64,000 bases of DNA from Escherichia coli (lineage in GTDB: Bacteria; Pseudomonadota; Gammaproteobacteria; Enterobacterales; Enterobacteriaceae): NCBI RefSeq assembly GCF_041248615.1, contig NZ_CP158426.1. One strand, 5' to 3'. Made by a program: the position numbers and the translations under genes. Below the pieces are notes generated by a model that saw nothing but the letters and a program-made list of their open reading frames with translations, searched no databases and was not told the DNA's origin. The stretch's first letter is position 1, and the number at the start of each line of letters is the position of its first letter. Shown here piece after piece: positions 1 to 8,519 of this stretch.

Positions 1-725
1 TTGTTTATCTTGACTGTATCGTCCTGAAAGTTCGGCAGGACAGTCGCATCATCAACAAATCGGTGTTCCTGGCACTGGGCATCAATATCGAAGGTCAGAA
101 AGAACTGCTGGGTATGTGGCTGGCCGAAAATGAAGGGGCGAAGTTCTGGCTCAATGTGCTGACTGAACTGAAAAACCGCGGTCTGAACGATATCCTCATC
201 GCCTGTGTGGATGGCCTGAAAGGCTTCCCGGATGCCATCAACACAGTATATCCGAAGGCCCGCATCCAGTTATGCATCGTGCATATGGTGCGCAACAGCC
301 TGCGCTTCGTGTCATGGAAGGACTACAAAGCCGTCACTCGCGACCTGAAAGCGATTTATCAGGCTCCCACGGAAGAGGCAGGTCAGCAGGCACTGGAAGC
401 GTTCGCTGCGGCCTGGGACAGTCGCTATCCTCAGATAAGCCGAAGCTGGCAGGCTAACTGGCCGAATCTTGCCACGTTCTTCGCTTATCCAACGGACATC
501 CGCAAAGTGATCTATACGACGAATGCCATCGAGTCGCTAAACAGCGTGATCCGCCATGCGATCAAAAAGCGTAAAGTGTTCCCGACAGACGACTCGGTGA
601 AAAAAGTGGTGTGGCTGGCAATCCAGTCTGCGTCCCAGAAATGGACGATGCCGTTGAAGGACTGGCGAATGGCAATGAGCCGCTTTATTATCGAGTTCGG
701 TGACCGCCTGGACGGTCACTTCTGA
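1..725 (+). CDS. IS256-family transposase, C-terminal part (5' end lies outside the window)
   Basis: Frame of ORF 63..725 stays open back to position 3; translation carries IS256/mutator-type transposase motifs (NEGAKFW, ACVDGL.GF, CIVHMVRNS). Recognised from memory, not searched. Confidence 0.85.
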   Translation, partial: VYLDCIVLKVRQDSRIINKSVFLALGINIEGQKELLGMWLAENEGAKFWLNVLTELKNRGLNDILIACVDGLKGFPDAINTVYPKARIQLCIVHMVRNSLRFVSWKDYKAVTRDLKAIYQAPTEEAGQQALEAFAAAWDSRYPQISRSWQANWPNLATFFAYPTDIRKVIYTTNAIESLNSVIRHAIKKRKVFPTDDSVKKVVWLAIQSASQKWTMPLKDWRMAMSRFIIEFGDRLDGHF

Positions 726-1044
726 GAAAAGGCATTTACACAGAATCCTAAACAGGCTCTACGACATGGCTATTCCGTATGAACCATACGGAGATTTAAC
801 CATGGCACATTCTTTACCATTCCTTCCGGCAACCGATACAGCACATCCTCCGATGTCCATCCCTGCCTGCTGACAGTTTTTTACGCCGGAGGGCCATTGT
901 GTGACAACCACAGTGCTGTAACAGCAACCAGCCTGCTTTACCCAAACTCCAGTCCAGATTTTAACTGAACCGCCATTCACACCCTGACCACACTGCCCGT
1001 ACCGGGACAGCTGTTGCCTGCGTGTCGTCTGGCTGCTGAGGAAT

Positions 1045-1434
1045 ATGACGATGTACGCAAAATCCTTTATTGCATTTGATGGCAACGGGCGTCTGACGGG
1101 TGCCCGTACCGCACAGACTGCACCTTACGATCGCTACACTTGCCACCTTTGCGGCAGTGCGCTCAGATACCACCCGCAATACGACACTGAGCGTCCCTGG
1201 TTTGAACACACTGACGACGGGCTGACGGAGCACGGTCAGCAGTGCCCTTATGTCAGACCGGAACGCAGGGAGATACAACTGATTAAGCGTCTGCAGCAAT
1301 TCGTACCGGATGCCTTACCCGTGGTGCGTAAAGCCAGCCGGCACTGCAGACAATGTCATCACGATTATTATGGGGAGCGGTACTGCACGCACAGCCATAC
1401 CGGGCACTTCAGTGAGGAGGGGGTGGCAGAATGA
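1045..1434 (+). CDS. hypothetical Cys-rich zinc-ribbon-like protein (129 aa)
   Basis: ORF with CxxC-x13-WFEH motif and a second Cys/His cluster (CRQCHHDYYGERYCTHSH); GAGG 3-4 nt before ATG 1045, alternative ATG at 1051; stop overlaps start of next ORF (ATGA). Confidence 0.5.
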   Translation: MTMYAKSFIAFDGNGRLTGARTAQTAPYDRYTCHLCGSALRYHPQYDTERPWFEHTDDGLTEHGQQCPYVRPERREIQLIKRLQQFVPDALPVVRKASRHCRQCHHDYYGERYCTHSHTGHFSEEGVAE

Positions 1435-1856
1435 ACGGTATAAAAACGGGGCTGGGGATCACGCCGGGTGAACACATTATCAGTGCTGATTCTGCGCTCA
1501 GCAGAAATATCCGGCAGTGTTTCTGCCTTTCCTGTCATGGCCGGTTGATTTTGCAGACAGATGCTCAGGGGGCGTGGTTTGAGCACGATTTACATGTCCT
1601 GAGCGAGCAACAGAAGGCAGCCTGCGTGGTGCTGAATCCGGAAAAGTCCCACCCTTACATTGAGGATATGGAGATGTTTTTATCGCCATTACCGGTCGTG
1701 CTGGAGTGGCATTGTGTGATGTGTGAGCAGTTTTTTCATGGGAAGAAATTCTGTGAGGCCTGTGGTACGGGGATTTATTGCAGAGCGGTATGTACGAAGT
1801 CTGTTTACAGCTACCAGCCAGACTTGTTTCAGGACTGCGGAGGTGCGAGTACTTAA
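1431..1856 (+). CDS. hypothetical Cys-rich zinc-ribbon-like protein (141 aa), paralog of upstream ORF
   Basis: CxxC-x12-WFEHDLH motif plus CxxC-x9-CxxC-x4-C-x3-C cluster; start codon overlaps upstream stop (ATGA at 1431-1434), suggesting translational coupling. Confidence 0.5.
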   Translation: MNGIKTGLGITPGEHIISADSALSRNIRQCFCLSCHGRLILQTDAQGAWFEHDLHVLSEQQKAACVVLNPEKSHPYIEDMEMFLSPLPVVLEWHCVMCEQFFHGKKFCEACGTGIYCRAVCTKSVYSYQPDLFQDCGGAST

Positions 1857-2057
1857 TCCGAAATGCCCGACCTGCTCAGGGCGTTCAGAAGTATCGGAAC
1901 CTGCATTTTATCTGGTGTTTCGCACCCACCCCGTTCGTGACACAAAGGCGCGACACCGGATATCCGCAGTCCTGCTTACCTGAATAAAACCCGGGGTATT
2001 GATTGTGTACTGTGGTGCGAAATCGCACCGTGATCGCGGATTCGCCGAATCCGCACT

Positions 2058-2300
2058 GTGGTGTCAACCAACCATACGCGAGAGTCCTCTCCGTATTTAT
2101 CAGTGCCTCAGGACGATTTCTGCATAGTTAATCCAGGGGGCTGCATTGTTTATTTCCCTGCTAATGGACGTGACATCCAGGATATTCATGATCCTGATTT
2201 CCCTGAGCAGTATCAGCGCTTATTGGAGCGTCTGGATTATCAGACGATGCCCGGTACTAAAGCATCAGGCCAGCGTAACTCTGGCTACAGCGGTTTTTGA
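2058..2300 (+). CDS. doubtful ORF (80 aa), possibly a gene remnant
   Basis: ORF begins with GTG, contains no ATG start, no clear ribosome-binding site; same frame as ORF 2328..2894 but separated by two in-frame stops. Confidence 0.25.
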   Translation: MVSTNHTRESSPYLSVPQDDFCIVNPGGCIVYFPANGRDIQDIHDPDFPEQYQRLLERLDYQTMPGTKASGQRNSGYSGF

Positions 2301-2327
2301 CCTGTTGTAACTGTAAGGTGATTTATT

Positions 2328-2894
2328 ATGTATACAGAATCAAATGTTAAGCTTTCCTGTAACGCCCTCTGGCAAAAGTGTGTCCTTGCAACTCTGTATC
2401 GGGCTGCAGCCACACATCCTGAAATTAAATTATTACAATTTAAATTAATACCAGGGCAGGGTATTAATAAGGCCATTCCCTCTCTGATGGCTGATTTTAC
2501 TGGTGAACTGCATAGACTCATTTCTGAATATTTGCAGTGTAAGCGACGTAAAGAGCAATCTGTTGAGCCCACCCCTTTATATTATCTCTGGAGTAGGGAA
2601 GCTGTGGCTAACGATACCACTCCTTATCTTATGGTGCTGCTACTTAATAACGATGTCTGGTGTAAGAGTCGTGAGGTGGTGGTTCTCAGAAATCTGATTG
2701 AGCAGGCGTGGGGAAAAGTATTGGGTGAAGATAACTCCATTACACATCTGGTTGTGTATCCTGAAGTGCTGTCGTTGGTATTTGATGCAGCTAACACATA
2801 CAACGCTGAGCCTGCTGTACTGGAACAGACGGCCCGGGCTTACATTGAATCACATGGTACCATTGAACGTCATCTTGGGTGTAGTGACTTTTAA
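2328..2894 (+). CDS. hypothetical protein (188 aa)
   Basis: ATG preceded by AAGG about 8 nt upstream; moderately AT-rich; followed by a stem-loop at 2911..2938. No family recognised. Confidence 0.45.
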   Translation: MYTESNVKLSCNALWQKCVLATLYRAAATHPEIKLLQFKLIPGQGINKAIPSLMADFTGELHRLISEYLQCKRRKEQSVEPTPLYYLWSREAVANDTTPYLMVLLLNNDVWCKSREVVVLRNLIEQAWGKVLGEDNSITHLVVYPEVLSLVFDAANTYNAEPAVLEQTARAYIESHGTIERHLGCSDF

Positions 2895-2910
2895 CGTCAG
2901 GTGATGCATA

Positions 2911-2938
2911 AGGGCCTTTCGCTGAGAGGCCCTGTTTA
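2911..2938 (+). terminator. putative intrinsic terminator after ORF 2328..2894
   Basis: 7-bp stem AGGGCCT/AGGCCCT with 9-nt loop followed by GTTT; T-run is weak. Confidence 0.3.
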
Positions 2939-3156
2939 CACAATTAAATAAATCGAGCCCGACCAACAATTTTGATGTTAACAGCAGGATTATTGAGGGG
3001 CAATCAATGTGTTCTTCGGTAGCGATTACGGTAGTGAACGGACCTGCTGTCTGAATGGCATCGATCCGCAAGCGTATCGGCGCCATATTCTGAGCGTACT
3101 ACTGAAATGGCTAATGGCAGTAAAGAGAGACTTTACGTATATTTGCATAAAGCAGG

Positions 3157-3186
3157 ATTTTACGACTAGTCAACATTCTTTATAAT
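3157..3186 (+). promoter_or_regulatory. putative sigma70 promoter of orphan gene
   Basis: TAGTCA (3157-3162), 18-bp spacer, perfect TATAAT (3181-3186), about 55 bp upstream of ATG 3240. Confidence 0.3.
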
Positions 3187-3239
3187 TCTTCAGGTTCAGA
3201 GTATCTGACATATAGGGTTATGTATTGGGGAGACATTTA

Positions 3240-3941
3240 ATGTTTGGCCATCTGTTACGATACTTTAGTTTCTGTAAAAAAGATTTATTAGTATTTCATC
3301 CTGAATCTGATTACTCAGATAATTTACATAAAGCCTTCTCTTTTACAAAAAGGCTAGGATTTAATGAAGAATGGAATGGGGTCACAAAAAACAAAGAATA
3401 TGATTATCAGGATGTATTCAGTCATGTCTGTCTGCAGTCTGGTGTGACAGACTTTTCCGCTTCAGCAGGACAATGCTTAAAGTGGAGTCATTATTTTCAG
3501 CCATATTTTGAGAATATCCTTGAATGTCGGGTATGGGTTACCGTTGGACAACTCTGGAAACAGGAACGATTTATTTACAATCCGTCAGTTGCGGATTTTC
3601 AGCGCTGGTCTGAAAAAGGGATTCAGCCTGAAGATTTTAGACATCACTCGGGGTTTAACTTTCATGCGTGGTTGACGACGGAAAATGGTGTGATTGTGGA
3701 TGTTTCCTTTATGAGTACGTTATCGCGGCGATTACCTGAACACCTGAGTGAAGTCAGTGGAAGTGTGATTATTGGCACGCCAGAGACGGTTCTTCCTGAG
3801 TATAAATATGTTCCCATGATTGTCGGTCAGAGGATTGTTGAGAAAATAGAAAAACGCTCTTTCATTGGTTTTCTGGCGCACGACGATATTGATTTATATA
3901 CAGTACCTGCAATCTTGGTTCCGGTATGGAAAGAATGTTAA
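3240..3941 (+). CDS. hypothetical protein (233 aa), AT-rich orphan cargo gene
   Basis: ORF 3225..3941 starts at TTG; in-frame ATG at 3240 sits 6 nt after GGGGAGA. Sampled stretches are clearly AT-rich versus neighbouring core genes. No family recognised. Confidence 0.55.
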   Translation: MFGHLLRYFSFCKKDLLVFHPESDYSDNLHKAFSFTKRLGFNEEWNGVTKNKEYDYQDVFSHVCLQSGVTDFSASAGQCLKWSHYFQPYFENILECRVWVTVGQLWKQERFIYNPSVADFQRWSEKGIQPEDFRHHSGFNFHAWLTTENGVIVDVSFMSTLSRRLPEHLSEVSGSVIIGTPETVLPEYKYVPMIVGQRIVEKIEKRSFIGFLAHDDIDLYTVPAILVPVWKEC

Positions 3942-4260
3942 AGCACGGAATAACACTATGCACTTACCGCTTTCCGGAACTCAGCTTGTTACCTGAGCGG
4001 TCAACAGAGCAGTCTTTCAGTGTCTGCACTTGGTTGCCACTAAACCGGAGTCATTTATCAGAAGTATATGTTCATGGAAGGATATTGTCAGCGCCAGTGA
4101 TATAAGACGGTAATGAGGATAGCCACCCCGCATGGGTTTCCTCAACACTGGTCACTGTGACAAGCGCACCATGATCGTCTTTGTATCGCTGATTGACTTT
4201 CGATAATAGAACATCTTCTGACATAAATTTTAGTACGGTAACAATTAACTAAATTTTCAT

Positions 4261-4527
4261 GTGGTAGCACTGAATCAGGAGACTGCGTTTCCTGATGTGT
4301 GCTTCTGCAGCCGTTACCGGATACAGACTTCGATACCAGTTACTTCGACATCCGCCATGTGTCCTGGGACCCGCTATAACGAAGTTGGAGGTAATCAGTA
4401 CAGCGTTCCCGAAATGCTGTGTGGTCAGCCAGTCTCGATACGAATATCGCTGAACGATGAGTTGCGGATCTACAGTAATGAGAAACTGGTGGCCTCACAT
4501 CGCCTCTGCTCAGTGTCGTCTGGCTAG
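4261..4527 (+). pseudogene. transposase C-terminal fragment (IS21 IstA-like?)
   Basis: Short ORF with C-terminus resembling transposase tails (ELRIYSNEKLVASHRL); weak, from memory only. Confidence 0.3.
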
Positions 4528-4671
4528 CAGATAGTACCGGAACCTCACGCCCCGCTCTGGCAGCAGATCAGTCAGGTGGAACATCGACCACTGAGTGCCT
4601 ATGAGGAGCTGTTGTGATGCATGTGTCAACGACGGATGAAAGTGGCTCTTCCGCAACCTGGGTGGAGATTT

Positions 4672-6098
4672 TCATGCCAGTGGACTCATTACCCTCTGCC
4701 TGAGTAGTTCAAATCCTGCTCGACCATACATCTGGCGTTTCAGCATCTTCAGGCGATTTACATGACCTTCGACAACACCATTACTCCAGTGACTACTGAT
4801 TGCCTCACATATAGCTGCAGCATCAGCTTCCATCCCCGCCGCCACGCGCCGAAATTCTGCTGAACCGCTTTCGTGGACTCGAGTGAACCAACTGCTTAGC
4901 TGTGATTTATTTTGGGTTTTCAGAATACGGTAGAACTCGAGTGCCAGTTGCTGCGCTATTTTCAGCTCAGGTTCTTTTTCACACATCAGACTAATAAATC
5001 GGGAAGCATAATTTTCTTCATCCCTGGTTATTCTCCAGGGCATCAACCAGCGGCTTACCCGGGACACTGAAGGAAGTCTGACGGCAGTAGTAACCGGTGG
5101 GTTCCAGCCTTTACGCCATTTGGCAACCGCATCCCTGACGATGGTTTCACTGCCTGTAAATCCCCGGGCCACCATTTCCCGCCATATCCGGCTGGCGTTA
5201 TAATTACCACTTTCTCGTTGCTCTTTTAACCACTCCCTCCATGGGTCCAGAAGCCCTCGCTTTGGCGGTCGGGTTGACATTTCAGGGAATGTTCCTGAAC
5301 GCACCCAGCGACTGACTGTCACACGCGACAGGCCTGTAATACGGGATATTTCCCTGAAACTACATCCCTTGTTATGCAGGGCCATAACCTCTGTCCAACG
5401 CTGATGCCGTTTTTTGCGGGTTTGTTGTTTTAGGCGTTCCGGACGACGGAGCGATGCTGCAGGCACAGATGGTTCTGGATCAGGTGATTTCTTTGGTGAC
5501 AACTCACTGGCAACAAGACGTATCAGAGGTATATGTCTATACATCATTCGTTCAGGCGCATCGCCAATATTTTTTAGCAGATGCCATCGATCGGCCACCT
5601 GTCTGGCCTGAGGTGCACCTTCACGTGCTGCTGTCGCATAGACTCCACTGCGATCACGCGAGACAATCTGTATTTCCGGATATTTTCTGAACCAGGTCGC
5701 CAGCGTACGCTGATCACGGCCGGGAAGCAGGACGAGGGGACGGTGAGTATCAAGATTGACGATTAACGTACCGTAACGGTGGCCCCGATGCCACGCCCAC
5801 TCATCAATACCGACATGAGGCGAGCCTGACTGTTTCGTCTCCGGGGTATTGATAACCCTGCGAAGGAGAGTATCAGCACTGCAACGGAGACCCACTGCCG
5901 TTGCTGCCCGTTTCCCGGCCTCACCTCCGGCGATTAATCCCAGTTGACGTTGTAAATTTTGTAACGCCTGTGAAGACTGTTGGTGTGAACCGGCGAAGGG
6001 AGCAAGCGACTCGGCAAAAATTTTACGTGAACAAGCCGGGTTACGGCAGTACCAGTGGCGGACAGAAAATACAAGCCATAGCGTATGTCCTGAGCAGG
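4672..6098 (-). pseudogene. ISL3-family transposase, C-terminal ~475 aa, interrupted by IS2
   Basis: C-terminus carries ISL3 signature (SNGVVEGHVNRLKMLKRQMYGRAGFELLRQRV); N-proximal zinc-finger-like RHWYCRNPACSRKIF; ORF runs 12 codons into IS2 end at 6099. Confidence 0.8.
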
Positions 6099-6109
6099 TG
6101 GATTTGCCC

Positions 6110-7015
6110 CTATATTTCCAGACACCTGTTATCACTTAACCCATTACTGGCCTGCTGCCGCAGATATTCCCGTGGCGAGCGATAACCCAGTGCACTATGC
6201 GGATGCCATTCGTTATAATGCTCGAACGCCTCTGCAAGGTTCTTTGCTGCCGTTAACCCGTCTGGTTTAGGCATGATACTGATGTAGTCACGCTTTATCG
6301 TTTTCACGAAGCTCTCTGCTATGCCGTTACTCTCCGGACTCCGCACCGCCGTGTTCTTCGGTTCAAGCCCCAATATCCGGGCAAACTGCCGTGTTTCATT
6401 AGCCCGGTAGCATGAACCATTATCCGTCAGCCACTCTACTGGAGACGCCGGAAGCTCGTTGCCGAAGCGGCGTTCCACCGCTCCCAGCATGACGTCCTGT
6501 ACTGTTTCACTGTCGAAGCCGCCCGTAGTGACTGCCCAGTGCAGTGCCTCACGGTCACAGCAGTCCAGCGCGAACGTGACTCGCAGTTTTTCTCCGTTAT
6601 CACAGCGGAACTCGAACCCGTCAGAGCACCATCGTTGATTGCTTTCTTTCACGGCCACTTTGCCAGTATGTGCCCGTTTCGATGGCGGTACAGCGGTTTT
6701 TCGCTCAAGCAACAGCGCATTCTGGCGCATGATCCGGTAAACACGTTTGGCATTGATCGCAGGCGTACCATCAAGTTCGGCCTGTCTGCGAAGCAGCGCC
6801 CATACCCGACGATAACCATACGTGGGCAGCTCTCCGATAACATGGTGTATACGGAGAAGCACATCCGTATCATCTGAGTGACGGCTGCGGCGACCATCTT
6901 TCCAGTCATCGGTTCGTCTGAGAATTACGTGCAACTGCGCACGCGACACCCGGAGACAACGGCTGACTAAGCTTACTCCCCATCCCCGGGCAATAAGGGC
7001 GCGTGCGCTATCCAC
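6110..7015 (-). CDS. insD: IS2 transposase InsD (orfB)
   Basis: 301-aa [19 protein letters not shown]... matches remembered IS2 InsD. Confidence 0.9.
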   Translation of the reverse strand: MDSARALIARGWGVSLVSRCLRVSRAQLHVILRRTDDWKDGRRSRHSDDTDVLLRIHHVIGELPTYGYRRVWALLRRQAELDGTPAINAKRVYRIMRQNALLLERKTAVPPSKRAHTGKVAVKESNQRWCSDGFEFRCDNGEKLRVTFALDCCDREALHWAVTTGGFDSETVQDVMLGAVERRFGNELPASPVEWLTDNGSCYRANETRQFARILGLEPKNTAVRSPESNGIAESFVKTIKRDYISIMPKPDGLTAAKNLAEAFEHYNEWHPHSALGYRSPREYLRQQASNGLSDNRCLEI

Positions 7016-7338
7016 TTTTTTGCACGCCCGTATTCAACGGCTTCTTTAAGGAGTTCATTTTCCATCGTTTTTTTGCCGAGCAGGCGCTGGAGTTCTTTAA
7101 TCTGCTTCATGGCAGCAGCAAGTTCAGAGGCAGGAACGACCTGCTCTCCTGCGGCCACAGCAGTAAGACTTCCCTCCTGGTATTGCTTGCGCCAGAGAAA
7201 TAACTGGCTGGCTGCCACACCGTGTTGCCGGGCAACAAGGGAGACCTTCATTCCCGGTTCAAAACTCTGCTGAACAATAGCGATCTTTTCCTGTGTAGTA
7301 CGCCGTCTGCGTTTCTCCGGTCCTAAGACATCAATCAT
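6973..7338 (-). CDS. insC: IS2 InsC (orfA)
   Basis: ORF 6973..7383 contains [22 protein letters not shown]...; start placed at that Met (121 aa); overlaps insD as expected for frameshift fusion. Confidence 0.85.
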   Translation of the reverse strand: MIDVLGPEKRRRRTTQEKIAIVQQSFEPGMKVSLVARQHGVAASQLFLWRKQYQEGSLTAVAAGEQVVPASELAAAMKQIKELQRLLGKKTMENELLKEAVEYGRAKKWIAHAPLLPGDGE

Positions 7339-7429
7339 CTGCTCTCCAATGACTAGTCTAAAAACTAGTATTAAGACTATCACTTATTTAAGTGATATTG
7401 GTTGTCTGGAGATTCATGGGGCCAGTCTA

Positions 7430-7569
7430 CCTGTGTAGTACGCCGTCTGCGTTTCTCCGGTCCTAAGACATCAATCATCTGCTCTCCAATGACTAGTCTA
7501 AAAACTAGTATTAAGACTATCACTTATTTAAGTGATATTGGTTGTCTGGAGATTCATGGGGCCAGTCTA
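7430..7569. repeat. perfect tandem duplicate of the terminal 140 bp of IS2 (IRL end plus insC 5' end)
   Basis: 7430..7569 is base-for-base identical to 7290..7429. Confidence 0.85.
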
Positions 7570-7782
7570 ATGTGTATCCGGGATGGATGTTTACCAGAAC
7601 CTTCTCTGTTCCAGTGTGTGGAGTTTTACAGAAGAGGCGACTGTATGCAACTCTTGCCCCGTAACTGTCTTTATTCGTTTCTCCACACTCTCCGGACATT
7701 GTAAATTCCAGATGTGTGGCAGTGTGTTTTTCGTAAATCGTACACAATGCATTTTTACACGGAGTTCAGCCAGTCGTATCAC
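7570..7782 (-). pseudogene. probable N-terminal remnant of the ISL3-family transposase, beyond the IS2 insertion
   Basis: Short frameshifted minus-strand ORFs (7520..7747, 7591..7782) adjacent to the IS2 junction; assignment by position and weak similarity only. Confidence 0.35.
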
Positions 7783-8036
7783 TGAGAGTTTTTTTTCTGA
7801 TTTGTACCACTCATGCAGCAGTGATAAGGAGATATTTTCTCTGTCGGGCCAGCAGGGGCGGTGCCACCTGTTTAGTTTTCTTATGTTTGGTAAAAGAGAG
7901 GCTAAAATATATACAACAGGCGCATGTAATGATTCATATTGTTAATCATTAACCAGTAAGAATTAATGTAGTGGATCGGTAATTCAGGACACCTCGAAAT
8001 CCTGTTAATGTTAAAACAGTGAAAATGGGGTGATGC

Positions 8037-8354
8037 ATGAGCAAAACTCGTCGGACTAAACGCACCTTTTCCCCGGAGTTCAGGCTCGAAGCTATCGAGC
8101 AAGTAGTTAAATACCAGCGCGATGTCAGAGAAGTCGCGCTGGCACTTGAGCTCAATCCTGACCATTTGCGTAAATGGATACGGTTGTATAAGCTGGAACT
8201 TCAGGGTATTGAGCCCGCTGGTAATGCCATACCCCTGAACAGCGAGAAATTCAGCAGCTTAAAAGCGCAGATAAAGCGCCTTGAGATGGAAAAAGAAATA
8301 CTAAAGCAGGCTGCCGTGCTGATGAGCGAAATCCCCGGCAAGCTGTCGCGCTAA
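8037..8354 (+). CDS. IS3-family transposase OrfA (105 aa)
   Basis: MSKTRRTKRTFSPEFRLEAIEQV... with helix-turn-helix and leucine-zipper-like tail typical of IS3 OrfA. Confidence 0.75.
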   Translation: MSKTRRTKRTFSPEFRLEAIEQVVKYQRDVREVALALELNPDHLRKWIRLYKLELQGIEPAGNAIPLNSEKFSSLKAQIKRLEMEKEILKQAAVLMSEIPGKLSR

Positions 8355-8455
8355 TCACACTGCTGAAAGCAAAGCGGCCAGTGCGGATTATTTGTCATTT
8401 ATTCGGTGTTCACCGTAGCGTTTATTACGCGCAGGTGAAGCGTCCTGTTAATGTA
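8355..8455 (+). pseudogene. IS3-family orfB N-terminal remnant (truncated)
   Basis: Reads ...LFGVHRSVYYAQVKRP... typical of IS3 OrfB N-terminus, then ends at the junction near 8456. Confidence 0.45.
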
Positions 8456-8519
8456 TCAGCGCCAATGATATAAGACAGTAATTAGGATTCGGACGATTTC
8501 CTGGACTGCTTTATTATGC

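Larger units (their letters stand above)
6099..7429 (-). mobile_element. IS2 (IS3 family), complete 1331-bp copy
   Basis: Ends TGGATTTGCCCCTATATTTCCAGACACCTGTTATCACTTAA (6099-) and ...GGGGCCAGTCTA (7429) match remembered IS2 inverted repeats; encodes InsC and InsD. Confidence 0.9.

Noticed and set aside
63-457. Possible embedded heat-stable enterotoxin gene (astA/EAST1), as in IS1414-type IS256-family elements
   Set aside because: Neither overlapping small ORF (95..295, 272..457) resembles the remembered EAST1 peptide; the relevant transposase region may also lie outside the window.
775-791. Small hairpin CCGTATG-AAC-CATACGG just after the IS256 transposase stop
   Set aside because: Probably part of the IS256 terminal region; too short and isolated to call as a feature.
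759-1299. Minus-strand ORFs (108 and 112 aa) between the IS256 remnant and the zinc-ribbon genes
   Set aside because: No ribosome-binding site, overlap each other and the plus-strand gene start; likely spurious.
1723-1987. ORFs 1723..1983 and 1778..1987
   Set aside because: Overlap the 3' end of ORF 1431..1856 out of frame and run into the palindrome region; no independent support.
2328-2894. Inovirus Gp2 / YagK-YfjJ family assignment for the 188-aa ORF
   Set aside because: First impression only; I could not identify any family-specific motif, so it is left as hypothetical.
6094-7574. 5-bp target-site duplication for the IS2 insertion
   Set aside because: Flanking pentamers do not match at either candidate end, so no duplication is claimed.
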